From: Candidatus Obscuribacteraceae bacterium
GTDB taxonomy: Bacteria > Cyanobacteriota > Vampirovibrionia > Obscuribacterales > Obscuribacteraceae
Assembly (NCBI GenBank): GCA_044226015.1
Contig: JBGAHS010000002.1
Coordinates: 561,571 to 625,570, forward strand
Reading direction: 5' to 3'
Length of the DNA stretch: 64,000 nt
The notes below the pieces were generated by a model. It had not been told where the DNA came from. It worked only from the letters and a program-made list of their open reading frames with translations, and made no database searches. The position numbers and the translations under genes were made by a program. How positions within the stretch are numbered: position 1 is the stretch's first letter; the number at the start of each line of letters is the position of its first letter. Below, piece after piece: positions 36,335 to 45,697 of this stretch.

Positions 36335-37831
36335 TCAACTCGCGAACTTGCGAGTGCGCTGTTGAATGTCATCGAGGCGCTCTTTCGCATTCTCTACTGC
36401 TTCCCATGAGCCTGCACGTTCTCGCACCCGCAAAAGCCACAAATAAAATAACTCCGCTTGCTCATAGTTTCGCCTGAACTCGTAAAACTTCGCTAAGAGC
36501 GCAAGGTATGTTTCTAATTCTGGTGCGTCAAGTTCATGCTGAATTGATTGTGATTGAGCAAGTGCAAGATAGGTTCGTTCACTAACCTCGTACTCTTCTT
36601 CCAAGAAACAAAGCTCGGCAAGCCGCGACATAACTCTGCGCGTAAATGCTGATTCATCACCATACAATGCGCGCGACAAGTAGAAAGCCGAATCACATAT
36701 CTTCCTGGCTTCCACCAATTTATCGGCTCGATAAAATTCCTCGCTAATTGAAATCAAGACTTCGACAGGGTTCGGCAAAACTCTCGCCTCAGCATCATCA
36801 TCGTCTTCCATCTCTCTGTAAGCGCGTTGCATGGAATCAATCTTTCGAGAGAGCTGGCGCAAAACCATACTAGCTATTCCGGGGTCCAACCAGTAGCCAC
36901 CATTCACCACTATGCGAATGGCTTTTCCGAGATCACGATTTGGAGTTGATTTTAGATGATAGCCTTCAGCACCATGACCAAAAGCTGAAACGATTTCTTC
37001 AGGACTATCGTGCGCAGTGACCATAATCACTTTAGTAAACGGCAACATGCTTTTGATTTCTGCCATAGCATTCAAACCATTCATTATCGGCATGCCGATA
37101 TCCATCAAAACAATGTCCGGCTGCATTTCGAGCGCCATCTTGATACCGGACTGTCCATTGGTCGCTTGCCCTATTACTTGAATCAGAGGGTCAGTGCGCA
37201 GCGACAGAGTCAAAATCAATCGAGTTACGTCATCATCGTCGACAATTAACACGCGCAACTTGTCTGTAAAAAGGTCGCCATTGTGGCTGCAAAAATTACG
37301 TCGCGCGTTCTCCTGCGCTTTATGGGCTACATATGGATTATCGTCTTCACAAAGCATACCTACAATCTCAGCTGGCAAATTCTTGTTTTCAGCAAGACGA
37401 TATCGAACATCGGCATGTTCGTCTCTAGCCAGTGTAAATAACAGCTCGAAACTTGCATTTGGATTTTCTCCAACTGCCGCACGAACATCAGGGTGGGTAT
37501 TTGCAGCCAATTTTTCCAGTAAATCGAGCGGAGTGTTTGGGTGCTCGGCGACCCGTTCTTGCAATCTATGATCTTCCATCGCGCTAATCCATGTAAGTAC
37601 TTCAGGGGGAGAATTCTCATGCGAACAAAGAATGGTCGAAAACCGATGCAACACCTCAGTTGTATTTTCATTTGTCGACGACCATATTCCAGATGCCTGA
37701 ACGTCTAAACCTATTTTGCTAGCTTCATGCATAATTTGTGTTAGCCAATGTGGCGAACAATCAGTTTCACAAAGTGGACCTTCCGAATTGCCTGTCGGAT
37801 TTTCGCCTAACGAATCTTCTCTGGCTTGCAT
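36335..37831 (-). CDS. response regulator with N-terminal LRV/HEAT-like repeats and C-terminal TPR region
   Basis: VAEHPNTP..LLEKLA..DVRAAV.ENPN repeats; LIVDDD...LMDIGMP...GYHLK REC domain; TPR-like tail. SD GGAGG before ATG 37831. Confidence 0.8.
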   Translation of the reverse strand: MQAREDSLGENPTGNSEGPLCETDCSPHWLTQIMHEASKIGLDVQASGIWSSTNENTTEVLHRFSTILCSHENSPPEVLTWISAMEDHRLQERVAEHPNTPLDLLEKLAANTHPDVRAAVGENPNASFELLFTLARDEHADVRYRLAENKNLPAEIVGMLCEDDNPYVAHKAQENARRNFCSHNGDLFTDKLRVLIVDDDDVTRLILTLSLRTDPLIQVIGQATNGQSGIKMALEMQPDIVLMDIGMPIMNGLNAMAEIKSMLPFTKVIMVTAHDSPEEIVSAFGHGAEGYHLKSTPNRDLGKAIRIVVNGGYWLDPGIASMVLRQLSRKIDSMQRAYREMEDDDDAEARVLPNPVEVLISISEEFYRADKLVEARKICDSAFYLSRALYGDESAFTRRVMSRLAELCFLEEEYEVSERTYLALAQSQSIQHELDAPELETYLALLAKFYEFRRNYEQAELFYLWLLRVRERAGSWEAVENAKERLDDIQQRTRKFAS

Positions 37832-38125
37832 TACTGCCACCTCCGAAACATACCCATTGGATCACTGCATTTCTAATTCTGTTGATTGAAGGTAAAAATC
37901 ACCATTGGAAACCGAAAGACCACAAACGAAAAAACCTCTTTCCATGGGCTTTTGCCGAGTTCATACTTTTATTCTGTTACAAAACTTCTTCGAAAAATAT
38001 CACCCAAAAGAGTGATGATCAGCCGCTCAACACAATTCAACGTGCGCTTTGCCGGTTAAACAAGGAATCGCGAGACTCAGAGCTGAAGCTGATTAACATT
38101 AATGTTAGGGTCGGATGAATTGTGA

Positions 38126-41020
38126 TCAATACAGATCGAATGTTCTTTGCTCAAGCGCTGGAAGATCCAATGCCGGGAGAAAACGCAAGCGAGCGTTTCT
38201 TACTTCAATTCCACTCTTCAAAGCGTCTTTCTTATGCAAGAACAAGAAATCGGGCTGGAATGGAGAGAACATCGGCTGAATTCTTAGACTTCTGAGATGC
38301 ACCATTTCATTCGGAATTGTGTCCGAAAAACTTGTTGTCTTGAACGAACTTGATTTTGCAATGCCAATTGGCTGCCAGCGAGAAGTCCACGAATGAGCTA
38401 GACCTTTTTCGTCAGTGCCAGAAAAACTCAAACTAACAAAACAGGGACGCTCGCCAGAGAGTTTCTTGATTTCGCACGAATATTCGAATCGTATACCTTC
38501 GGGAAGAGAGGGCAGGTTTACCACTGAAACATCAGCAATGAAAGAACTTGGGTCTTTACCAAGAACTTGTTTTGTTTTGTCCTGCAACACGACAGGCGTA
38601 GCCAAAAGCTGCGCCACTGCTGGTGATACCGCTTCCTGGGCAGCATTGAGTCCAGACGAGGCAGTTGGAACCAGTATTCGCAACCTGAACGCGCCGCTCT
38701 GTACACCAGCGGACTCGCTCATATCCCCACTCGCTTGCTGGGTGCGACCTAGTACATGCATTTTTTCGAACACACGAGGGTCGCGATGGTCGAAAGTCGT
38801 AAAACCTTTCGTGTAAGAGAAGCTTCTCAGTGAGGGCAGATACAAAAATCCATCATCAGTTCCATCTGCCTTTGCGTTAGTTCTGTAGTCGCCAAAAAGG
38901 CGAATTTGGGCAGAATCATCGAGCGAAGATACGCTTACGGTATTAGCTGTTCCGGCGTTCAACAGACTTGAATCAAAAGGAACAACCCACCAATTTCTAA
39001 AGCCACGCACGTCCCGAGACATTCCCTCAGCTTGAATAGCTAGACATTGCACAATATCAGTATTGTCTGGCTGCAATTGAGCAAGAGGAACCAGAGGTTC
39101 TTGAATCTTGTGCCCATTTATTTCAATACTGAGTGGGGCGGACAGAGCATCTGAATTGATATCCAGAAGAACGAAAGCAGTCTTAGATTTCGCTGCAAAA
39201 TCAACTGGCAAGACAATAGCTTGACTGAGTTTTGCAGCAGATGGAACTTGAGCACTCCATTCTTTCCAGTCTTGAGATTGAATTGTGTAGACACCAGCAA
39301 CTACACCTGTTCCCAAAAGCAGAGCCGAAATAAATAGAGTGGCAATGTTTGAACCGCGCCTATCCTCGATAACAAATCGGAAAACCTTGTGTACAAGAAA
39401 ACCGACCAGACACAACCCTGCAAAGTCTAACGCTACTGAGAGAAAAGGAGCTAGCGAAATTGAAGCTAGTGGTAAGAATGCCGCAATTAGCGTTGCAAAT
39501 TGCCCAGACAACGAAAGTAGATAAAAGACAAAACCCGCGGAAGCTATCAACGCAAAAAAAGCGGCCCAGCACCTGCGCAATGAAACCTGGACTAGCAACG
39601 ACGCAGCCAACATTACACACGCAGGCATAGCAGTAATCGCGTATCTGCTGATCGCTTCAAATGGAATGTAAGCGAAATGAAAGAGAATAATGGTTCCCAA
39701 AATTGCCGAGGCGGTGAATGTCCGTGAAAGCGTTTTACTGCGAGCATAAAACAGCCCATACGCCAGACCTATAGACCCTAGAAGAAGAAGGAGCTGGTGA
39801 TAGACGTTTTGAACGTCGAGCGGAATTCCAAACAGTGAATAATGATATTCATTCCATTCGCCCGCCCAAAGTCGAGCAACCTTCTTGAACTGCAATCCAA
39901 CAAAAGTAGCTGGATCTGCTTTAGCATCGACAGCTAAAGCAGCAATAACATGGGCGCTATCACCGGGAAAGGTACCGATGAAGGGATAACATCGCCAGGC
40001 GTCTGTTTTGATTTGATTGCCATGAAAAATGTTGAACGACGGCACTCTATTCACAAAAACTGAATACTGCCCACTGGCAGCCTTATTAAAGAACACCCAG
40101 GGTGTCAAGATAACGATAGCGCCGAGAGCTGCCAGCAAGCCGTTTTTGATGTAAGTTCTAAGCAGATTGCCGAAACTCTTCTGGCGAACTTCTTTAGAAG
40201 TCTTCAAAACGAACAGGCGAACAGTAGCAATTAAGACGCAAACTGCCGCCACCATGGGTGGTAGCATGACAAAAGCAGGCTTTGACAGCATGAGCAAACC
40301 GGAAAGGAGTCCGATTCCAACCCACGATGCCGCAACAGGAAAACGCAAAAGCTTAGAATGCCGCAATACCACGGCTAAAGTGAGCGATGTCCATGCGCAG
40401 AGCAAGAAATAACTGAAGGGTTCACTATAACAATGTTGCGTATTGATGATCGCAGCAGGGTAGCTGGCGAAGAGAATGGCCGAAAGCACCGCAGTCTTTT
40501 TATTGAACGCAAATCTGGCGCCAAAGTAAATCAATACGCAAGCAAGAGCGTCAATAACAGAATTGCAGAGGCAAATTTGCACCGAATGCGCATCAAAAAT
40601 TGGGTTTGCCGGGTCCAAGCCTGTTATCCATTCGACCGCGGCTAGATAGGCCGGAAACACAGGACCGTCAATCAATAATCGATCTGTCAGGTTCATTGAA
40701 GTCATAGACTGAAGCAACTGCACATGAGGCTCAGCGGGATGATATATCTTGTTGAAGAACTCAATCACGCCACCGGACGAAGTCGCAGCTTGCAGCAACG
40801 CCGACCCTGAACGCAAGAAATTGTATGCATCTCCAAAATGTGCAATTCGATGCTCCATAAATATCGCGTTGTATAGATATCGCAAGAAAAACGCGAAGGA
40901 AAAGATAAAAGCTGGAAACCACTTAGCTTCGAACGCATTCAACGCAGTCGTCCAGCCTGCCGACTTGCTTGCGGAAGCAGGCTTTGAATCTGCCTTTTCA
41001 CCGGTCTTCACAACGCTCAT
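38126..41020 (-). CDS. GT39/ArnT/PMT-like membrane glycosyltransferase with large extracytoplasmic domain
   Basis: GDAYNF, GPVFPAYLA, YSEPF, LSKP, PW..FN, EAISRYAI; multiple TMs. Confidence 0.72.
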   Translation of the reverse strand: MSVVKTGEKADSKPASASKSAGWTTALNAFEAKWFPAFIFSFAFFLRYLYNAIFMEHRIAHFGDAYNFLRSGSALLQAATSSGGVIEFFNKIYHPAEPHVQLLQSMTSMNLTDRLLIDGPVFPAYLAAVEWITGLDPANPIFDAHSVQICLCNSVIDALACVLIYFGARFAFNKKTAVLSAILFASYPAAIINTQHCYSEPFSYFLLCAWTSLTLAVVLRHSKLLRFPVAASWVGIGLLSGLLMLSKPAFVMLPPMVAAVCVLIATVRLFVLKTSKEVRQKSFGNLLRTYIKNGLLAALGAIVILTPWVFFNKAASGQYSVFVNRVPSFNIFHGNQIKTDAWRCYPFIGTFPGDSAHVIAALAVDAKADPATFVGLQFKKVARLWAGEWNEYHYSLFGIPLDVQNVYHQLLLLLGSIGLAYGLFYARSKTLSRTFTASAILGTIILFHFAYIPFEAISRYAITAMPACVMLAASLLVQVSLRRCWAAFFALIASAGFVFYLLSLSGQFATLIAAFLPLASISLAPFLSVALDFAGLCLVGFLVHKVFRFVIEDRRGSNIATLFISALLLGTGVVAGVYTIQSQDWKEWSAQVPSAAKLSQAIVLPVDFAAKSKTAFVLLDINSDALSAPLSIEINGHKIQEPLVPLAQLQPDNTDIVQCLAIQAEGMSRDVRGFRNWWVVPFDSSLLNAGTANTVSVSSLDDSAQIRLFGDYRTNAKADGTDDGFLYLPSLRSFSYTKGFTTFDHRDPRVFEKMHVLGRTQQASGDMSESAGVQSGAFRLRILVPTASSGLNAAQEAVSPAVAQLLATPVVLQDKTKQVLGKDPSSFIADVSVVNLPSLPEGIRFEYSCEIKKLSGERPCFVSLSFSGTDEKGLAHSWTSRWQPIGIAKSSSFKTTSFSDTIPNEMVHLRSLRIQPMFSPFQPDFLFLHKKDALKSGIEVRNARLRFLPALDLPALEQRTFDLY

Positions 41021-43740
41021 TTTGAACTTACCAGTAAGGTCAAAGGCTCGGAGAAGTCACCGACAGCGGTGCCATCGCCGTTCAATGCACGGGCTCGAAC
41101 CTGGTAATAACCACTGCCCGAAAATGCCTTGTCCGGAATCTGGAAGCTTTGCTCAGTTCCTTCAAGAGTATATTCTGCCGCAATTCCAGCACGACTAAGC
41201 TTCTCGTCCATGTTCTCAAAGAAAAATTCCTTCTGTGAAATCTGAACCTGAACTTTCACTCCGTTTTTACTGCTAATTAGCAGCGGCTTTGCAGAGTTAT
41301 AAGAGTAGACGCCAAAATTGCTGGCGGCTTCACCTTTGAACCCAAGGCTGGGACAAACATCTCCGGCAGATAACAAGCTTATTTCGTGCAAATTGATTTC
41401 TGCTACAGCAGGCAAAAACATGCACAGCTCGGAGATTTCATTCTGTCCATACCATCTCCACTGCCTTCCGATCGGAATGTATGCTGTTCGCAAAGTACTC
41501 GGGCTGGAATTATCAGCTGCCACACGGTACTGCATGGAATTTTTCTTTTCCAACTCAGCCAGCTTCGTCGCATTGCCCGCAGCCTTCCAGCGCACATGAA
41601 ATGGAAGATCAATAGCATTGTTCGAAGACCTGAATTGAACCTTCAAATAGGAATGTTCAAAGGGATGAATTGCCAGACCACTCAACCGCACACCATCTGT
41701 GTCTCGTGGCAGCACAACGGTTAATCCGTCACTCTTAAAACTGAATTCGCCGTGCCCAAGTGAATAAGGCGCGACAGCTCCATGCTTGGAAGTCTCACCT
41801 TCGCTCAGATTTAGATTGAATGTTTCCGGAGCTACTTCCACACGGCTTACTGACTGCTTAACCTCAATAAACTTCTTGAACTGGTTGCTCCACACATAGG
41901 GTCCTTGCACATCAGCACTGGTAACTGCATTTTTGAGGCGCGCACGATCGATGATGTTCTCATCTCCAAACAAGATGGAATCAAAAGTAAGAAATGGTTC
42001 CCAATGCTCTTTAGACGCGAATGGAGGACCCAGCAACATTTGCAGAGTTGGTCCGTTCAATATCATATGAGCACCAGCATGCTCTTTCGGAACACCAAGC
42101 AAAGCAATCTTCTGCGTAGCTGGCGTCTTCTCAGCAAGAGCTACGGCGTTGTCGAAAACTGCTTTTACTTCTCTACCAGCATGCAGCCAGAGCAGATTGG
42201 TGGCGTAACAGCTTTTCTGCAGAGAATAAGAAAGCAGCGCGATAAAAGCCACTGCAATAGCAAATAAGCGATGCGAAATTTTCTCTGGAAGCTTCTTCTC
42301 TGGAGAAAAAAGTAAAATTGGCAACACACTGCTCAGCGAAAGCGTAAGGAAGAAGCAAAAGCGAGCACCTTCAAGATTGGCTCCCAAGCCGAACAAACGA
42401 TAAATCGGAGCCGCAGCTGTCGCCGCCCAAACTCCCAGAAATGCCACCCAGCGCCACGGAATTGAACCGGTGACAAACCTCAATGCAACTAGAAACAACA
42501 AGGCTAAATACGCAACTACCGTGACTTGCTCTGCGGCACTACCCGGAGGCGAAATTTCAAAAGGGTAGGGCAGGAACAATCGACGCCAGTTATCCACGTC
42601 GAGCCACCGCCCGATTGCACTCGCACTTTGAGAAGCACCAACTGACCCATTGTAACCACCAAGCAAGGTTCCGAGGCAGGCAAACCTCACAACAAAATAA
42701 ACAACAGTACTTATCCACACAGCACGGCTAGACTGCCAAGCAAGTTTGATTCGCTGTCCAAAGGAAAAATCCTTCGCATCATTTGCATGCTCGGATTCAC
42801 TAGCACTTTCACAAGGTTCCATCAACTCAGGGAATATAAAGGCAATTGCGGCTAAAACGACACCTAAACCGATTGCCATTTCTTTGACACAGAGCCCCAA
42901 CAAAAACAGCGCAACACCACATACGGTGGCAACTAAAGACTTACGCCCCGAGGGGAGCTTCGCGCGATAAAGAAAGGTGCTAATTGCAGCGAGATAAAAC
43001 ATGCAGCAAGCAGAGTCAACACGCCCCACCACCCATGAAATGCTCTCACAATGAAGTGGATTGCAAACGAAAAGAACGCTACTGGCAAGCCCAGCGGCGG
43101 CAGCTCGCATCTTGCCCCAGCCTGAGCACAATCGGCGCACAACAAATGCAAGCAAACATGCTGAGCCCGCAAAGTACAGAATATTCGACAGGTAATAACC
43201 AACCGGATTGCCCTTCCAGATTAGATAATCGAAAACAAGCGTCATCAACAACATGGGGCGATAGACGCTCATGTTGGGCACCTGCATGTAGTTGCCACTG
43301 AAATTAGACCAGAAGAGGTCCCAGCGGTTGTTGGCAAAGATTTGATGGATGTAACGAATCTCGCCTATGTCGTCTGCCAGGAAAAAACTGCCCAGCGTCC
43401 GACCAAAAGTGACCCCGCAAATCAGAACAATGAGCCCAATTGTGAAGAAGGGATTCGTCAGTAATTGAGTCAATTTCTGTACCAAGCTCTCCTTCCAGTC
43501 CACGCCCCGCTTCACCTGGGTATCCTCAGGCTCCAACACGCCAGAGTCCGCAGCCCCAGAGTTACCGGGCTTTTCGGGCTGGTTGGCTATATCGGCGATG
43601 CCAGACTTTGACACAAACTTGGTTCCAGGGCAGACAATTCTTGGCAATCTTATCAAAACACCGCCGCTCTTCCCTTTACGAATGCTTAGCTTCCCTGAAA
43701 TTCGCGCTAATTTGTCCAAAATCGCCTGTATTTGTGACAT
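41017..43740 (-). CDS. TMTC/PMT-like GT-C glycosyltransferase with C-terminal extracytoplasmic domain
   Basis: FFLADD, YRP, NPLHCESISWVVGR, KE motif, ARF; multi-pass. ATGA overlap with the downstream gene. Start uncertain. Confidence 0.75.
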   Translation of the reverse strand: MSQIQAILDKLARISGKLSIRKGKSGGVLIRLPRIVCPGTKFVSKSGIADIANQPEKPGNSGAADSGVLEPEDTQVKRGVDWKESLVQKLTQLLTNPFFTIGLIVLICGVTFGRTLGSFFLADDIGEIRYIHQIFANNRWDLFWSNFSGNYMQVPNMSVYRPMLLMTLVFDYLIWKGNPVGYYLSNILYFAGSACLLAFVVRRLCSGWGKMRAAAAGLASSVLFVCNPLHCESISWVVGRVDSACCMFYLAAISTFLYRAKLPSGRKSLVATVCGVALFLLGLCVKEMAIGLGVVLAAIAFIFPELMEPCESASESEHANDAKDFSFGQRIKLAWQSSRAVWISTVVYFVVRFACLGTLLGGYNGSVGASQSASAIGRWLDVDNWRRLFLPYPFEISPPGSAAEQVTVVAYLALLFLVALRFVTGSIPWRWVAFLGVWAATAAAPIYRLFGLGANLEGARFCFFLTLSLSSVLPILLFSPEKKLPEKISHRLFAIAVAFIALLSYSLQKSCYATNLLWLHAGREVKAVFDNAVALAEKTPATQKIALLGVPKEHAGAHMILNGPTLQMLLGPPFASKEHWEPFLTFDSILFGDENIIDRARLKNAVTSADVQGPYVWSNQFKKFIEVKQSVSRVEVAPETFNLNLSEGETSKHGAVAPYSLGHGEFSFKSDGLTVVLPRDTDGVRLSGLAIHPFEHSYLKVQFRSSNNAIDLPFHVRWKAAGNATKLAELEKKNSMQYRVAADNSSPSTLRTAYIPIGRQWRWYGQNEISELCMFLPAVAEINLHEISLLSAGDVCPSLGFKGEAASNFGVYSYNSAKPLLISSKNGVKVQVQISQKEFFFENMDEKLSRAGIAAEYTLEGTEQSFQIPDKAFSGSGYYQVRARALNGDGTAVGDFSEPLTLLVSSK

Positions 43741-43888
43741 TGCTGGACTTATCCTTCATTTACCAGACACTGACAATTACCGGACAATAGGTTTTGTTGT
43801 AAGCTTAAATGGATTTGAGATTCACCGGATATCAGCTTAGAAATCTGGGAAAAGATGAGAACTTTGCTTTAAACTTGTAGAGCGAATT

Positions 43889-44560
43889 ATGGCCAAAATT
43901 CTCATAGTCGAAGACGAGCCAACACTGGCGGAACCAATTAAAGCCTACCTGACACACGAGCATCACCTCGTGGAGGTCGTGGGGGATGGATTGGAGGCTA
44001 TGGAACGGCTGAAATTCTATAAGTACGATGTCATTATATTGGACTGGATGTTGCCAGGATTGCTGGGCGTTGAAGTTTGCAAGCAATTCCGGGCGAACGG
44101 CGGCACAACTCCAATTTTGATGCTAACTGCCAAGAAGCAGACACAAGAAAAGGTCTTTGCATTAGATCAGGGGGCGGATGACTATCTGACCAAGCCTTTT
44201 GATGTTCAGGAAGTGAGTGCACGGGTACGAGCACTTTTGCGACGCCCTCAAGCCGTCGCAGGAAATGTGCTGCGGGCAAAAAATGTCGTACTGGAACCAG
44301 CCACATTCAGAGTCACGCGCGACGGCGCAGAAGTACAGCTGCTGCCAAAAGAATTTGCGCTATTGGAATTCTTCATGAGACATCCAAACCAGGTGTTCAG
44401 TGCTGAAGCGCTGCTGGATAGAGTCTGGTCCTCGGATTCAGATGCCTCGCCTGAAACTATTCGAACTTACATTAAGCGGCTGCGCCAGAAAATAGACACA
44501 CAGGGGCAGGTCTCGCTGATTAGCACCGTGCATGGTGTCGGTTATAAATTAGACGCCTAG
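43889..44560 (+). CDS. OmpR/PhoB-family response regulator
   Basis: ILIVEDE, LDWMLPG, GADDYLTKPF, LLPKEF.LLEFF, TVHGVGYKL. Confidence 0.95.
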   Translation: MAKILIVEDEPTLAEPIKAYLTHEHHLVEVVGDGLEAMERLKFYKYDVIILDWMLPGLLGVEVCKQFRANGGTTPILMLTAKKQTQEKVFALDQGADDYLTKPFDVQEVSARVRALLRRPQAVAGNVLRAKNVVLEPATFRVTRDGAEVQLLPKEFALLEFFMRHPNQVFSAEALLDRVWSSDSDASPETIRTYIKRLRQKIDTQGQVSLISTVHGVGYKLDA

Positions 44561-44688
44561 AATAAACGCTCTCGTCTACATTTTGCTTTAAGAGCTTATG
44601 AGGCAGGAACCTTTGACGCTCGCTTCCGCCATCGCTATGGTTGCATCTCAACTGATAGCCGAAACTCAACATTGGCTCGGGGGTCTAA

Positions 44689-45411
44689 ATGAATTTTCCA
44701 GTTTTGCAGAAAACAAGTCTTGGACTGGCGTTGTCCCTTGTGGCATGCGCTTCGACGAACGCAGTAAATGCAGAGCCAGATAAGCAAACAACAACTCCAT
44801 CAAATGTGAAATCGAAGTCGAGCACAGGCTTAAAATCTGGACTCATGAATGCATCAGAACATCAAGCCATAAAAAAAGAGTCGGCCAAAATAAAAGAAGA
44901 CATCAAGAACCCAGACTCGATGCCTCCAATAAAAGGATTTCATCCGATCAAAAAACTCTGGCGTCCTATCGACAAAATGAATAACACAGTAGGAAGATTG
45001 CAAAAGCAAGTAACAAAACTGCAAAAGCCAATCGACGTACTGACGCCCCCCATGCTTGAGCTGCAAGGGAATATGACTAATGTAGATAAGCGCATTAGTA
45101 GCGTGGAATCACAATTAACTGACTTGCACAAGAGGGTCACTGGGGTTCGTAGCGATCTAAAAACGACGTCCAAATCTATTGCAAGCCTGAGATTGCCATT
45201 AGTAGAACTCAAGCAGCCAATGGAGAACATAGCCGGTCCAATATCAGCGTTAGACGCTCAACTGAACTGGATAATCGCAGCAATCGTCATGGCAGCAGGT
45301 GGTGTCGCCATTGGTGCTCCCCTAGCAGCCCTTTTGATTTACATTAATCGCTTTCGTCTTTTTCCAGCATTCTTTTCAAAGAAATATTCGGAACGCTCAG
45401 CTAGCGTTTGA
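44689..45411 (+). CDS. secreted coiled-coil protein with C-terminal membrane anchor
   Basis: N-terminal signal, heptad-rich middle, C-terminal hydrophobic helix followed by a basic tail. Confidence 0.65.
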   Translation: MNFPVLQKTSLGLALSLVACASTNAVNAEPDKQTTTPSNVKSKSSTGLKSGLMNASEHQAIKKESAKIKEDIKNPDSMPPIKGFHPIKKLWRPIDKMNNTVGRLQKQVTKLQKPIDVLTPPMLELQGNMTNVDKRISSVESQLTDLHKRVTGVRSDLKTTSKSIASLRLPLVELKQPMENIAGPISALDAQLNWIIAAIVMAAGGVAIGAPLAALLIYINRFRLFPAFFSKKYSERSASV

Positions 45412-45438
45412 TTGTGTTCCGTTACAAGAATCCGCACT

Positions 45439-45598
45439 GGGTCCGAGATCCACAGGATCCGAGATCCACAGGATCCGAGATCAGCAGGATCCGAGATCAG
45501 CAGGATCCGAGATCCACAGGATCCGAGATCCACAGGATCCGAGATCAGCAGGATCCGAGATCCACAGGATCCGAGATCCGCAGGATCCGAGATCCGCA
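45439..45598 (+). repeat. 10 x 16-bp tandem minisatellite GGATCCGAGATC(CA/AG/CG)CA
   Basis: Ten contiguous units counted, differing almost only at two positions (first unit starts GGGTCC). Lies between convergent genes. Confidence 0.95.
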
Positions 45599-45697
45599 GG
45601 ATACAGGAATCAACAGCCCGCAAGAATTCAGTCCTGGGGATCATAAGATTCACGAGCACTCAACTTCAGAAATCAGCAAATCGCAAAATTAATTGGA

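Noticed and set aside
45439..45598. CRISPR array
   Set aside because: Units are contiguous 16-mers with no unique spacers, and no cas genes are present in the window.
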